Positions 1 through 7,550 of a stretch of DNA of 64,000 nt are shown here, one piece after another. A program made the translations under genes and the position numbers. The notes under the pieces are model-generated. The model searched no databases and was not told the origin of the DNA. It saw nothing but the letters and a program-made list of their open reading frames with translations. This stretch comes from a virus: positions 1 through 64,000 of IMG/VR virus record IMGVR_UViG_3300020385_000005. One strand, given 5' to 3'. Position 1 is the first letter of the stretch. Every line of letters starts with the position of its first letter.

Positions 1-29
1 TTTTTCTTTTTTTTGTTTATACCTATGTC

Positions 30-71
30 AAAACGCCCCCTTGCGGGGGCTAATACCCCCTGGCGGGGGCA
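30..71 (-). terminator. tandem GC hairpins 3' of the 118..432 gene (putative intrinsic terminator)
   Basis: GCCCCC-TTGC-GGGGGC (35-50) and CCCCC-TGGC-GGGGG (56-69). On the minus strand the distal hairpin is followed by GTTTTGA and an A/T-rich tract. Confidence 0.5.
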
Positions 72-117
72 GTTGATTTGAGTCCATATTCAAGGAGATG
101 CCAACCTCCTATTAAGA

Positions 118-432
118 TTATCGTCTGAGACCGTTTGAGCCGATTGGCTTTCCGTTCTCGTCGCGAATAAGCTCACCTGGGCTCATAACATCTTCACGAT
201 TAGGCACTGCGGACTTAACTACACCTGATACTACAAAGATTTTGTTTTCTTGTGGCTCTGGGAGACCGTTGATGTCGCCGTACACACAACCGTACACATT
301 AATACCTGCTACAGTATTTGTGTGGTTGTATGATGTACTGACACGTGCGATCTGACCAGATGGTGTAATATCAGTTACATTGCCATTGCTGTGAATATTG
401 AGAGTGTGAGGGGTAAGGTTTACGAATTGCAT
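118..432 (-). CDS. hypothetical protein (104 aa)
   Basis: ORF-track 118..531 trimmed to ATG 432 (MQFVNLTPH...). That ATG is preceded by the conserved GTCGAAAGGAC hairpin RBS, and the trim removes the overlap with 467..700. No function recognised. Confidence 0.6.
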   Translation of the reverse strand: MQFVNLTPHTLNIHSNGNVTDITPSGQIARVSTSYNHTNTVAGINVYGCVYGDINGLPEPQENKIFVVSGVVKSAVPNREDVMSPGELIRDENGKPIGSNGLRR

Positions 433-436
433 AATT

Positions 437-451
437 TTGTCCTTTCGACAA
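437..451 (-). promoter_or_regulatory. SD-in-loop hairpin (copy 1)
   Basis: mRNA sense UUGUC-GAAAG-GACAA, 5-bp stem, ends 4 nt before AUG 432. Confidence 0.55.
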
Positions 452-466
452 TTGGTGGTGTTTGGC

Positions 467-700
467 TTAATAGCCTTTTTCAAATACTGAGATTCGTTCA
501 ATTTCTTTTTCTGTGTCTGGATCATATCCAATAAGAATTAGTTCATTGAAGTCTTCTGGGTCTGAGAACAATGAGTACTTGTAAACAAACTCATATAGTT
601 TGTGTCTGGTTTGAAACTCTGTTGCTTGCTGAGCGAAGCCTTCATAGTTTCTTAGGAAGTAGTTGATAGTTCCGTCATCGGCTGTTGTCGTAGCTGGCAT
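467..700 (-). CDS. hypothetical protein (77 aa)
   Basis: ATG preceded by AAGGAGG (ctAAGGAGGcgcaATG). No function recognised. Confidence 0.55.
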   Translation of the reverse strand: MPATTTADDGTINYFLRNYEGFAQQATEFQTRHKLYEFVYKYSLFSDPEDFNELILIGYDPDTEKEIERISVFEKGY

Positions 701-713
701 TGCGCCTCCTTAG

Positions 714-857
714 TTAGGTTATGATTATGTAAATAATCTTACAAAAAAGAATTATTGTTATTAGAGACATGAGTTCTAATAAATTAACGGCGATAATGTC
801 TCCAAAGCCTCTCATTATTATGACGAAGCCTATTAGAAGCATTATATAGAAGAACAT
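714..857 (-). CDS. small hydrophobic protein (47 aa), not in ORF track
   Basis: MFFYIMLLIGFVIIMRGFGDIIAVNLLELMSLITIILFCKIIYIIIT. Its ATG overlaps the stop of 857..1165 (TAATG), and its stop abuts the RBS of 467..700, filling an otherwise empty gap. Confidence 0.45.
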   Translation of the reverse strand: MFFYIMLLIGFVIIMRGFGDIIAVNLLELMSLITIILFCKIIYIIIT

Positions 858-1165
858 TAGAAGTGCTTTTCTGCTAACTCTACTGCTCGTTGAGTGTAAA
901 CAGTATTAAACATTAATAATTTTTGTTGATCGATTTGTGATGTGTGAAAGAATGCTTGTACCAGTGAGTTAATTTCACTTTTTGACAAATACTTTGACAT
1001 CATTTCTAACCATTCATTTTTAGCTTCTTGCATGTAGCTTTCAAATGATTCTTCTTGTTCTTCATTTGCACCTGAAAGTATCGCCTCAAAAGTTGGTTGC
1101 ATGATAGTCATTGATCTATCGAACATCTGACTGAGAATTAGTTCTTGTGTTTCTTGGTGTGCCAT
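857..1165 (-). CDS. hypothetical protein (102 aa)
   Basis: ORF-track 857..1207 trimmed to ATG 1165 (MAHQETQ...), which has AAAGGAGGTG just upstream. Confidence 0.55.
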   Translation of the reverse strand: MAHQETQELILSQMFDRSMTIMQPTFEAILSGANEEQEESFESYMQEAKNEWLEMMSKYLSKSEINSLVQAFFHTSQIDQQKLLMFNTVYTQRAVELAEKHF

Positions 1166-1192
1166 TGCGCACCTCCTTTTATGAGTTTGATA

Positions 1193-1212
1193 CAATTGTG
1201 AACTCACAATTG
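1193..1212. promoter_or_regulatory. 20-bp perfect palindrome, operator-like
   Basis: CAATTGTGA-AC-TCACAATTG, about 25 nt upstream of ATG 1165. Half-sites match those of the symmetric lac operator (AATTGTGA). Confidence 0.4.
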
Positions 1213-1311
1213 CGGTTTTGTGTACTGAGTAACTTTTCTGTTAAAGATTCTGCGTTTTCATTAATGAACGAACTTACATCTTTTATGAATTTTTTACGTT
1301 AGATTCCATAT

Positions 1312-1749
1312 TTATCCTTTTGTCCAGAAAACTGTCATGCTTTCCTTGTAGCGGTTGTCGTTACGCTTGAGTTTTTCAATTGGATATGCGCGGCAGATTG
1401 TTTGTATACGCATCTTTTTGTAGCCGTCTACGACTAAGTGCCACTTCGTATCATACTGGTCATCTTGTTTCTCATTTGTTATGAACGATGCTGTGCACAA
1501 TTCTTTTGCTTGGTTGCGCAATTGGTCAATCACGTTTTGGTCTAAAAATTCTAGGAATTGGAATGCTTTTTCTTCAGTTTCTAGGCCTTCAATTTTATCA
1601 ATAGCATCGTAATATTGATTTCTTACGATAATCCCGAAGATCCCGCCAATATTTGCCATAATGTGATATAGGCAAGCGGCGTCATTGTTGAAACCGAATC
1701 TTTGTGCTTTTGCTACTTTAGCAATTTTTGCAATCTTTTTTTCGTCCAT
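1312..1749 (-). CDS. hypothetical protein (145 aa)
   Basis: ATG start with AGAGGAAAAA upstream; protein-like composition; no motif recognised. Confidence 0.55.
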   Translation of the reverse strand: MDEKKIAKIAKVAKAQRFGFNNDAACLYHIMANIGGIFGIIVRNQYYDAIDKIEGLETEEKAFQFLEFLDQNVIDQLRNQAKELCTASFITNEKQDDQYDTKWHLVVDGYKKMRIQTICRAYPIEKLKRNDNRYKESMTVFWTKG

Positions 1750-1765
1750 TTTTTCCTCTATTATT

Positions 1766-2017
1766 TCAATTATCTGATGATATTGAATCTATCATTTTGT
1801 GAAAAGATTCATAATCTTGTGGTTCGCATACTACTGTATGAGTCACCAAGGTTATTTTTAACAGGCAGAGAGTTCCTCCACCTAGATCTTCAACTACTGG
1901 AAAGTTCATCATTTGCATTGTTTGCATTTGAGCCATGTTAATGGTGATAATCCCAGTAGCTTCATATCTTGGAGTGATATTTTTTCTTTCGTAAAGATGA
2001 AATGTGTGCAACAACAT
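1766..2017 (-). CDS. hypothetical protein (83 aa)
   Basis: ATG start, tightly packed with neighbours on the same strand. Confidence 0.5.
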   Translation of the reverse strand: MLLHTFHLYERKNITPRYEATGIITINMAQMQTMQMMNFPVVEDLGGGTLCLLKITLVTHTVVCEPQDYESFHKMIDSISSDN

Positions 2018-2019
2018 TA

Positions 2020-2274
2020 TTATTCTTCTTCTTTGAATGGTTTTAACATTTCTTTTACCATCAGGGCTATCAGGCTAGCTCTTACGGTAGATGGGTGTGC
2101 TACTTCTACTGAAGCAATACCCATGTGGAATGCTAAGTCTTTGATATCGTTATAAGAATCGTATTCATATAAGTGTTCAGCAGCCCACCTTTTTGCAGTT
2201 TCTGGGCTGACTTTTTCTCTTTTTGCTTCCCATATGATATCATGTAGATATCCAATATTTGATTCGTAACTCAT
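2020..2274 (-). CDS. hypothetical protein (84 aa)
   Basis: ATG preceded by a variant hairpin RBS (GUUC-GAAAG-GAAC). Confidence 0.55.
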   Translation of the reverse strand: MSYESNIGYLHDIIWEAKREKVSPETAKRWAAEHLYEYDSYNDIKDLAFHMGIASVEVAHPSTVRASLIALMVKEMLKPFKEEE

Positions 2275-2277
2275 TTC

Positions 2278-2290
2278 GTTCCTTTCGAAC
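2278..2290 (-). promoter_or_regulatory. SD-in-loop hairpin (copy 2, variant stem)
   Basis: mRNA sense GUUC-GAAAG-GAAC; ends 3 nt before AUG 2274. The stem differs from the other copies by compensatory changes. Confidence 0.5.
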
Positions 2291-2313
2291 TATGTTGTTA
2301 AGTTTTTTATTAA

Positions 2314-2385
2314 TGGGTCATGAAGGATTTGAACCTTCAACCAATGGATTAAAAGTCCACTGCTCTACCGTTGAGCTAATAACCC
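2314..2385 (-). tRNA. tRNA-Lys (anticodon UUU)
   Basis: 72 nt read on the minus strand: GGGTTAT-TA-GCTC-AACGGTA-GAGC-A-GTGGA-CTTTTAA-TCCAT-TGGTT-GAAGG-TTCAAAT-CCTTC-ATGACCC-A. Canonical cloverleaf; CCA not encoded. Confidence 0.9.
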
Positions 2386-2768
2386 TTGCTGCGGGAAGCA
2401 GGTGATGGGTTTGCCATCTGAGTTGTTTCCCTATTATTTATCTACTATCTAGTCCTGTATATCTCAGGCTGTCACCCGAAGGTGTCCGCTCCAACCATGT
2501 GCAAGCACTGGGGGTTGTAGAATATGGAGCTTGTTTATCCACAACAGGTTGTCAATCTGCTGTTTCCTTGACTTTCTGGGGCAGGTAGTCAATGCGATAT
2601 TAAGGTGGCCACCTCTTTATCTCACCTTATGATTATGTTTTCTTGCATGCAAGTTTCTCTCTTTCTCGTAAGTAAGTGTCGACCTTTATTTACTGATGAG
2701 TTTATAGGGTAAAATGCTTTTCCTTAAACATTAATATACTGTATGTGATGTAGAAGGAAAACAAGAAT
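2386..2768 (-). ncRNA. ORF-free G+C-elevated segment directly upstream of tRNA-Lys (candidate structured leader or ncRNA)
   Basis: No ORF in any frame. On the minus strand there is a c(UUCG)g hairpin (about 2473-2486), hairpins GAUGG-CAAAC-CCAUC and CUGC-UUCCC-GCAG next to the tRNA, and palindromes CTTGCATGCAAG (2642-2653) and AGGTGGCCACCT (2603-2614). Confidence 0.3.
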
Positions 2769-3209
2769 TTAAACGTTAGTACCATTAATGTCATTTTTAG
2801 TTACTCTGCGGTATGGGTAGCTTTTTGTTTTAATTTGAAAAACGTTTTTTGCAACGCTTTCAGTTGCTACGTTCACAGGAGCATCAGTAAATTCTTCTGA
2901 AATTTCACTTGATAGTTCATCTTCAGGGTTTTCTGGCACTCGAGGGTGCTCTTCTTCGAATTTATCAACAATTTGATCCATGTCAGTTTCAAAGTTTTTG
3001 AACTCTCTGATGCTTCGCGGAAAGAAGATCATCCCAATTGCTCTTACTCTTGAATGGGTTTTTTTTGTGTGGTGGATTTTTTCACCGATGTCGATGAGAT
3101 CTGGCCACACGTTTTCTTTATAAAATTTAGAAGTACGATCCCACATTTTAGGGATGATCTCTCTTTTTACGTACACTTCTTCAAGTGCGCTCAGTAAATC
3201 ATTTAGCAT
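2769..3209 (-). CDS. hypothetical protein (146 aa)
   Basis: ATG 3209 preceded by the hairpin RBS; acidic C-terminal half. Confidence 0.55.
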   Translation of the reverse strand: MLNDLLSALEEVYVKREIIPKMWDRTSKFYKENVWPDLIDIGEKIHHTKKTHSRVRAIGMIFFPRSIREFKNFETDMDQIVDKFEEEHPRVPENPEDELSSEISEEFTDAPVNVATESVAKNVFQIKTKSYPYRRVTKNDINGTNV

Positions 3210-3483
3210 TGTTGAAAGTCCTTTCGACTTTTTTTAATCTTTTTGTCCATTCTGCTGGACAGATCTGATAAGCGTAATCAAACCCATCTAGTACTGCTTC
3301 ATGGTTTGCTGAGATGGCCATATTGCATGTGCCATCCCACTCCTTTTGACATTCCTTGATTGTTTCTTCTAGGACTTTGATGGAGTCTTTGATGAAAGCA
3401 ATCTGCTGTTTGCATGTTGGCTCTGCTTGAGCGAACATTGGTAGTGTTAAAATAAATACAAATATAAGTGATAACGATTTCAT
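3199..3483 (-). CDS. small secreted protein (94 aa)
   Basis: Trimmed to ATG 3483 (AAAAGGAG upstream). Signal peptide MKSLSLIFVFILTLPMFAQA/EP; four Cys in the mature part. Confidence 0.55.
   Translation of the reverse strand: MKSLSLIFVFILTLPMFAQAEPTCKQQIAFIKDSIKVLEETIKECQKEWDGTCNMAISANHEAVLDGFDYAYQICPAEWTKRLKKVERTFNNAK
3216..3230 (-). promoter_or_regulatory. SD-in-loop hairpin (copy 3)
   Basis: mRNA sense AAGUC-GAAAG-GACUU, 5-bp stem with compensatory A-U pairs; ends 6 nt before AUG 3209. Confidence 0.55.
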
Positions 3484-3500
3484 TTTTAGTCTCCTTTTAT

Positions 3501-3563
3501 TTAAAGGAAAACAGCCATTGAAATAACGATTATACAAATCCTACAAAAGAGTGCTTCTTCCAT
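3501..3563 (-). CDS. possible 20-aa hydrophobic micro-ORF
   Basis: MEEALFCRICIIVISMAVFL. ATG lies 1 nt after the stop of 3565..3873 and the ORF ends just before the next RBS. Very short, so weak. Confidence 0.25.
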   Translation of the reverse strand: MEEALFCRICIIVISMAVFL

Positions 3564-3564
3564 T

Positions 3565-3873
3565 TTAAGCCTCCGTTGTTTCGGTTTGTGGTTTTTCTGT
3601 TACTTTTTCAGTTGTTTTTCCAGCATTTTTTATTTCAGTTCTCAACCCTGCACATACTGCTGTCCATGTATTTACAACAGTATTGCTTGTCTCTTTAGAC
3701 ATTAGTCCAAGAAACGTTAAGAAACCTAGGGGAATGACGACAATCATTAGAAACAGTTCTAATAACTCAATAATCGGGAACCATTTTACGATTGACGCAA
3801 GAATACCTACTGTTAGACCCATCCTGGCCCATGTAGGTAAGTTTTCGAAATCTTCTTTTACTTTATTTAGCAT
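3565..3873 (-). CDS. membrane protein (102 aa)
   Basis: Two hydrophobic helices (GLTVGILASIVKWFPIIELLELFLMIVVIPLGFLTFLGLM); AAAGGA RBS. Confidence 0.55.
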   Translation of the reverse strand: MLNKVKEDFENLPTWARMGLTVGILASIVKWFPIIELLELFLMIVVIPLGFLTFLGLMSKETSNTVVNTWTAVCAGLRTEIKNAGKTTEKVTEKPQTETTEA

Positions 3874-3951
3874 TTTTATATCCTTTTTAGATTAGGATTT
3901 ATTTTTGCTCAGTAAAGAGAGATTTTTAGCCTGGTTTTGTTAGTTAAAAGT

Positions 3952-4371
3952 TTAACGGTCCCCGTATGGGTTTCCATCTTCATCCAATATGCCTTCATCT
4001 GAGACTAGGTGCATATTGTTTTCAAGTCTTTCTGCTTGACGAATTTTTGACAACCGCATGAATTCATCTACATTTCTTGTCCCAAGGTAAACGAGTACTG
4101 ATTGGTACCCGTTATTCGAGAATCTTACGCATGTCCAGATCTCTTTTTCATGTGCTAACTCTACGATTGTAGCAGCTGCCATCAAAAAACCTTGCATGTG
4201 GCAATTGTCTTCTGGAAGCGCTGAGACGAATTGTCTCATTACTCCTGATTTCAATCTAACGCAGCTAACACCTTGCCATAAATAATGGATATAAAAATAC
4301 TCTTTTAAGTTTTCAGGGATTAGCTGGAATGCTTGTTGATGGATAGTTGGTACTCGGTTTTGATTTGGCAT
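3952..4371 (-). CDS. hypothetical protein (139 aa)
   Basis: ATG with GAAGGAGG upstream. Confidence 0.55.
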   Translation of the reverse strand: MPNQNRVPTIHQQAFQLIPENLKEYFYIHYLWQGVSCVRLKSGVMRQFVSALPEDNCHMQGFLMAAATIVELAHEKEIWTCVRFSNNGYQSVLVYLGTRNVDEFMRLSKIRQAERLENNMHLVSDEGILDEDGNPYGDR

Positions 4372-4384
4372 TTCGCCTCCTTCT

Positions 4385-4624
4385 TTACTTCTCTTTTTTA
4401 AACACAGAGAAGAAATATAGTGTGGTTAGAATTATCGCATATGCTTCAAGTTCTTTGAGTTTGCACATTTTCAATAATTCAAAAGGAATTAGATAAATCA
4501 TGAGCCCTGCTACAAAATAAATTATAAGCGCTAGGTCTTTATCTATTGGTGGATTTTTTATTTTTACTGAAACTTTTAGGGAAATTATTGTGGCTGACAG
4601 TACGAATATCAGGTAGTAGATCAT
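4385..4624 (-). CDS. small membrane protein (79 aa)
   Basis: Hydrophobic throughout (2-3 helices); AGGAG RBS. Confidence 0.5.
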   Translation of the reverse strand: MIYYLIFVLSATIISLKVSVKIKNPPIDKDLALIIYFVAGLMIYLIPFELLKMCKLKELEAYAIILTTLYFFSVFKKEK

Positions 4625-4749
4625 TATTTACTCCTGATTATCTCTTTTCCTAAAAGTCCCATTTTAGTACACATTGGTTGAATATATTTCAATTCAACTA
4701 AAAGTTGGTAAACATGCTTGTTCATGTTCCTTATTTTTCTTTTTTTCAT
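4624..4749 (-). CDS. small basic protein (41 aa), not in ORF track
   Basis: MKKRKIRNMNKHVYQLLVELKYIQPMCTKMGLLGKEIIRSK. AGGAGA lies 5 nt upstream, and the stop overlaps ATG 4624 (TAATG). Confidence 0.4.
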   Translation of the reverse strand: MKKRKIRNMNKHVYQLLVELKYIQPMCTKMGLLGKEIIRSK

Positions 4750-4917
4750 TTTGTCTCCTGACATTGCGTCATAAGAATAAGCCAATCACCTTAAAAGGTC
4801 ATCAGGGGTGCTGTGCACCCTACCACATCTTCCACAACAAAGATGAGAACATATCAATAGTTCTTATAACTAGACCCCAGAAAGGTTAACACAGGTCTTG
4901 TTATATTGGTTTCGGCA

Positions 4918-4944
4918 CTTTTAAAATCTCTCTTTTGGAGAGAC
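4918..4944 (-). terminator. intrinsic terminator after 4990..5511
   Basis: Minus strand: GUCUCUC-CAAAA-GAGAGAU followed by UUUUAAAAG. Confidence 0.55.
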
Positions 4945-4989
4945 TCCCGATTTTATACGGGTTTGCATCTTGCGATGGCCTGATTGGTA

Positions 4990-5511
4990 TTAAGCACTTT
5001 TAATTTCGTCACTTCTGAAAGCAAGTGCATTTAGCTTCCATTCATTGTCGGTGAAGTCAGGTGGCATAGCGTCTCCACTATGCATCGTCCATAAGGTTAA
5101 CTTATTATTTTTATTAGGGAATACAATGAGTGTTACTTTATTTGTTTCTCTAAAGGGTTCTTCTCTGATAACTACTGGTTGAAGAGGTCGATCCTTACCA
5201 CGATAGTGCATCTGACGCTCTTCTTTCTCAAGGCTGCCATCACCTACTTTAGGTCCGCAGAGTCTAGTTACTGCAAGGAATTGGTTGTCAATTGTGAAAG
5301 TATGAGCACCTGCTGAGATTCCTGCTTGGTCGAATAGACTAAAAGCTTTTTCTATAGCAAGAGGTGTCAACTCGTCAAGATGACTCAAGAAGTGACGTGC
5401 TCCTACAGGAGGGAGTTCGATTTCATAGTGACGGCATAGAGTCTCTGTGACTTCTTTGCTGTCATCAGCGCGATCTGAGAAGGGTGATGTTGTAAAAAAA
5501 TTTATAGACAT
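4990..5511 (-). CDS. hypothetical protein (173 aa)
   Basis: ATG with AAAGGAGA upstream; globular-looking composition; no motif recognised. Confidence 0.6.
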   Translation of the reverse strand: MSINFFTTSPFSDRADDSKEVTETLCRHYEIELPPVGARHFLSHLDELTPLAIEKAFSLFDQAGISAGAHTFTIDNQFLAVTRLCGPKVGDGSLEKEERQMHYRGKDRPLQPVVIREEPFRETNKVTLIVFPNKNNKLTLWTMHSGDAMPPDFTDNEWKLNALAFRSDEIKSA

Positions 5512-5537
5512 GTCGTCTCCTTTTAAAGAAAAGTTGA

Positions 5538-5843
5538 TTAATTATTTTTGTAACCAGCGTGATAGTAACGCTTGTCACCAATGACTTTTAGAGAGGAGTC
5601 ATCGTCCTCATGTAATTCGATGTATACTGTGACATTTTTAATGTCTAAGTCGTATTCATCTTCTGTTTCGTCATTCAGTTCTACCAATTCTAGTGGGAAC
5701 CTTTCTGATGGATTGAAGAACATGTTTAATACTGTGGGTAATCGTACCCACCAGTTTCTTATGTTTATAGCCATTTCTGGACTGCACTTTGCGATCCAGA
5801 TGCGGTACCCGTATTCTTCGTTTATGACTAGATACTTAGACAT
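5538..5843 (-). CDS. hypothetical protein (101 aa)
   Basis: ATG with AAGGTGGGAAG upstream. Confidence 0.55.
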   Translation of the reverse strand: MSKYLVINEEYGYRIWIAKCSPEMAINIRNWWVRLPTVLNMFFNPSERFPLELVELNDETEDEYDLDIKNVTVYIELHEDDDSSLKVIGDKRYYHAGYKNN

Positions 5844-6159
5844 CTTCCCACCTTACTAGCCCAAGGCTAATCAGAACCATTGCTGGTATTGCAAATGGAA
5901 GTAACCATATTTCTATGTGTTTGAATTTCCATTCGTTTTTTATTGTCAGGATTGATCCTTTTACTTGCTTGAAGAAAATTATGTTTAAAACTACAAAAAC
6001 AAAACATGTTGTTTCCAAATTGAACAATGGACACATGTATACAATTAACGGTAATAGCGCCCATACTTTTGTATTGTCTGGGCATTTACTTATTTTTCTT
6101 TGTATAAGGGAAAATGTTTCTTCTAGTAGACAGATTATAATATTATAAAAAAAGAACAT
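5836..6159 (-). CDS. membrane protein (107 aa)
   Basis: Hydrophobic, about 3 helices. Overlaps the next start by 8 nt. No clear SD. Confidence 0.4.
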   Translation of the reverse strand: MFFFYNIIICLLEETFSLIQRKISKCPDNTKVWALLPLIVYMCPLFNLETTCFVFVVLNIIFFKQVKGSILTIKNEWKFKHIEIWLLPFAIPAMVLISLGLVRWEDV

Positions 6160-6166
6160 ATTATTT

Positions 6167-6646
6167 CTATAGGTATTCTGCTACACGTTCTGTGTAGCCG
6201 TCGTTGTGAAGAATTCTTTTTAGATAGCCTGGCCATTCTTTGACCTCGGCTACACGATGCGTACGTTTAACGAGAGCAAGCATTGCACGTCTCGTCTCAA
6301 CTATGTGTACAGCAGATTTGTTGCTGTCATCGTCGATGAGAATCGTGCCATTTGTCAGAAGAAACGCTATTCGGTGTCCGATATGTGTCTCTTTTATCAT
6401 CTTGTCAGAAGGCATAAAGAACTTTGGATTGTTCTTCTGCTTCATCATCTTAATGTACTTAAAGACACGTTTGCTTCCTGCATTTACAAAATCTTCTGTG
6501 TCGTGGAAGAACACATTATATGAAAATTCCGTAGACATTAGGATCGCTTCTGCGGGTTTTTTTATTAGCGCATAGAAACGATCTTCAAGAGAAGCATACT
6601 CGCGTTCACTTTTAGGTCGTCTGTTTCTTACTTTTTGCAAATGCAT
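6167..6646 (-). CDS. hypothetical protein (159 aa)
   Basis: The ORF-track start at 6667 is TTG. The first ATG at 6646 (MHLQKV...) has AGGTG upstream. Confidence 0.5.
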   Translation of the reverse strand: MHLQKVRNRRPKSEREYASLEDRFYALIKKPAEAILMSTEFSYNVFFHDTEDFVNAGSKRVFKYIKMMKQKNNPKFFMPSDKMIKETHIGHRIAFLLTNGTILIDDDSNKSAVHIVETRRAMLALVKRTHRVAEVKEWPGYLKRILHNDGYTERVAEYL

Positions 6647-6921
6647 GATGCACCTGCTTTCTTGCAATTACGACGACTACGAGGACATCCATAGCTTAGA
6701 ACACGCAATGCATGCTTTTTTGCTGTAGGATGAGCTAGTATATACGTTACAATGTTTGGTGCGCGAGTCACACGACATATAGTGTGAATCACGTCGAAGA
6801 TCTCTTCAACGCTTTTGTCTTCGATAAGCTCTTGAAGCTCTTCTTTGATTTCAAAGAGGCCTGGAGAGGTCATCATACTGTTGCCTTTTACATAGGCATT
6901 GTATAATACTTCATGGTTCAT
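6628..6921 (-). CDS. hypothetical protein (97 aa), Cys/basic C-terminus
   Basis: ATG 6921 preceded by the hairpin RBS. C-terminal sequence is CPRSRRNCKKAGASCICKK. Confidence 0.55.
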   Translation of the reverse strand: MNHEVLYNAYVKGNSMMTSPGLFEIKEELQELIEDKSVEEIFDVIHTICRVTRAPNIVTYILAHPTAKKHALRVLSYGCPRSRRNCKKAGASCICKK

Positions 6922-6926
6922 AATCG

Positions 6927-6941
6927 TTGTCCTTTCGACAA
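6927..6941 (-). promoter_or_regulatory. SD-in-loop hairpin (copy 4)
   Basis: mRNA sense UUGUC-GAAAG-GACAA, identical to copy 1; ends 5 nt before AUG 6921. Confidence 0.55.
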
Positions 6942-6989
6942 ATTTTAATCATATAAATAAAGTAGTTATCACTATTATAAGTAACGTAG

Positions 6990-7409
6990 TCATGCCGCAC
7001 CTATTTTATCTTCTAAACACTCACCCAATCTTGTAGTGTCTAGCTTTCCTTCATTAACAACAGCCTTATATCCGCGCCAAGTAATTGAAACTAGCTTATT
7101 TCTAAACTTATTTCCTTCATAACTGAGTACAAAGTATCCACCGACGTGAGGCCAATGGAATAACCAGCGATCTTCCCAATGCGACTTATTAGCGAGTTCT
7201 GATGGTTCTTCCGTCCACATGAAGTGGAGAAACTTACCAACTTTTAGTTCTGGTTCCTCTTCAGTTAAAAAAGATGGAAAACATTTTACTAAGATATTGG
7301 CGAACTCCATGTTGCCGTCTGGTCTCACCCAGGACGGTCTTACTGCGCCGCCCATTCCTGATGCTAACAAGGTGCCCATTTCGGGCGTGATTTGTAAGTA
7401 TTCTTTCAT
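6990..7409 (-). CDS. hypothetical protein (139 aa)
   Basis: The ORF-track start at 7427 is TTG and lies inside the RBS hairpin. ATG 7409 (MKEYLQ...) lies 4 nt after the hairpin. Confidence 0.55.
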   Translation of the reverse strand: MKEYLQITPEMGTLLASGMGGAVRPSWVRPDGNMEFANILVKCFPSFLTEEEPELKVGKFLHFMWTEEPSELANKSHWEDRWLFHWPHVGGYFVLSYEGNKFRNKLVSITWRGYKAVVNEGKLDTTRLGECLEDKIGAA

Positions 7410-7413
7410 ATCG

Positions 7414-7426
7414 TGTCCTTTCGACA
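7414..7426 (-). promoter_or_regulatory. SD-in-loop hairpin (copy 5)
   Basis: mRNA sense UGUC-GAAAG-GACA. Confidence 0.5.
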
Positions 7427-7550
7427 AAATCTATTTAACTAACACTCTTACGAGTCGTCAGGTAGGTTTCCCCACTATCAACCATATAGGTAGCATAGAT
7501 TACTCTAGAGGCTTCTTGTAGATTTCGACCTTACCGTAGTAATAGGTCTA

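Noticed and set aside
1702-2155. Plus-strand ORFs 1702..1941 and 1913..2155, with similar ones at 3683..3895, 4674..4889, 5572..5859, 5915..6148, 6240..6575 and 7219..7521.
   Set aside because: They are antisense to better-supported minus-strand genes or sit in leaders. Several use non-ATG starts and have poor composition.
2693-2700. CUGAUGAG hammerhead-ribozyme core on the plus strand.
   Set aside because: No downstream CGAAAC or helix II/III partners are present, and it is on the strand opposite to local transcription. It is a chance 8-mer.
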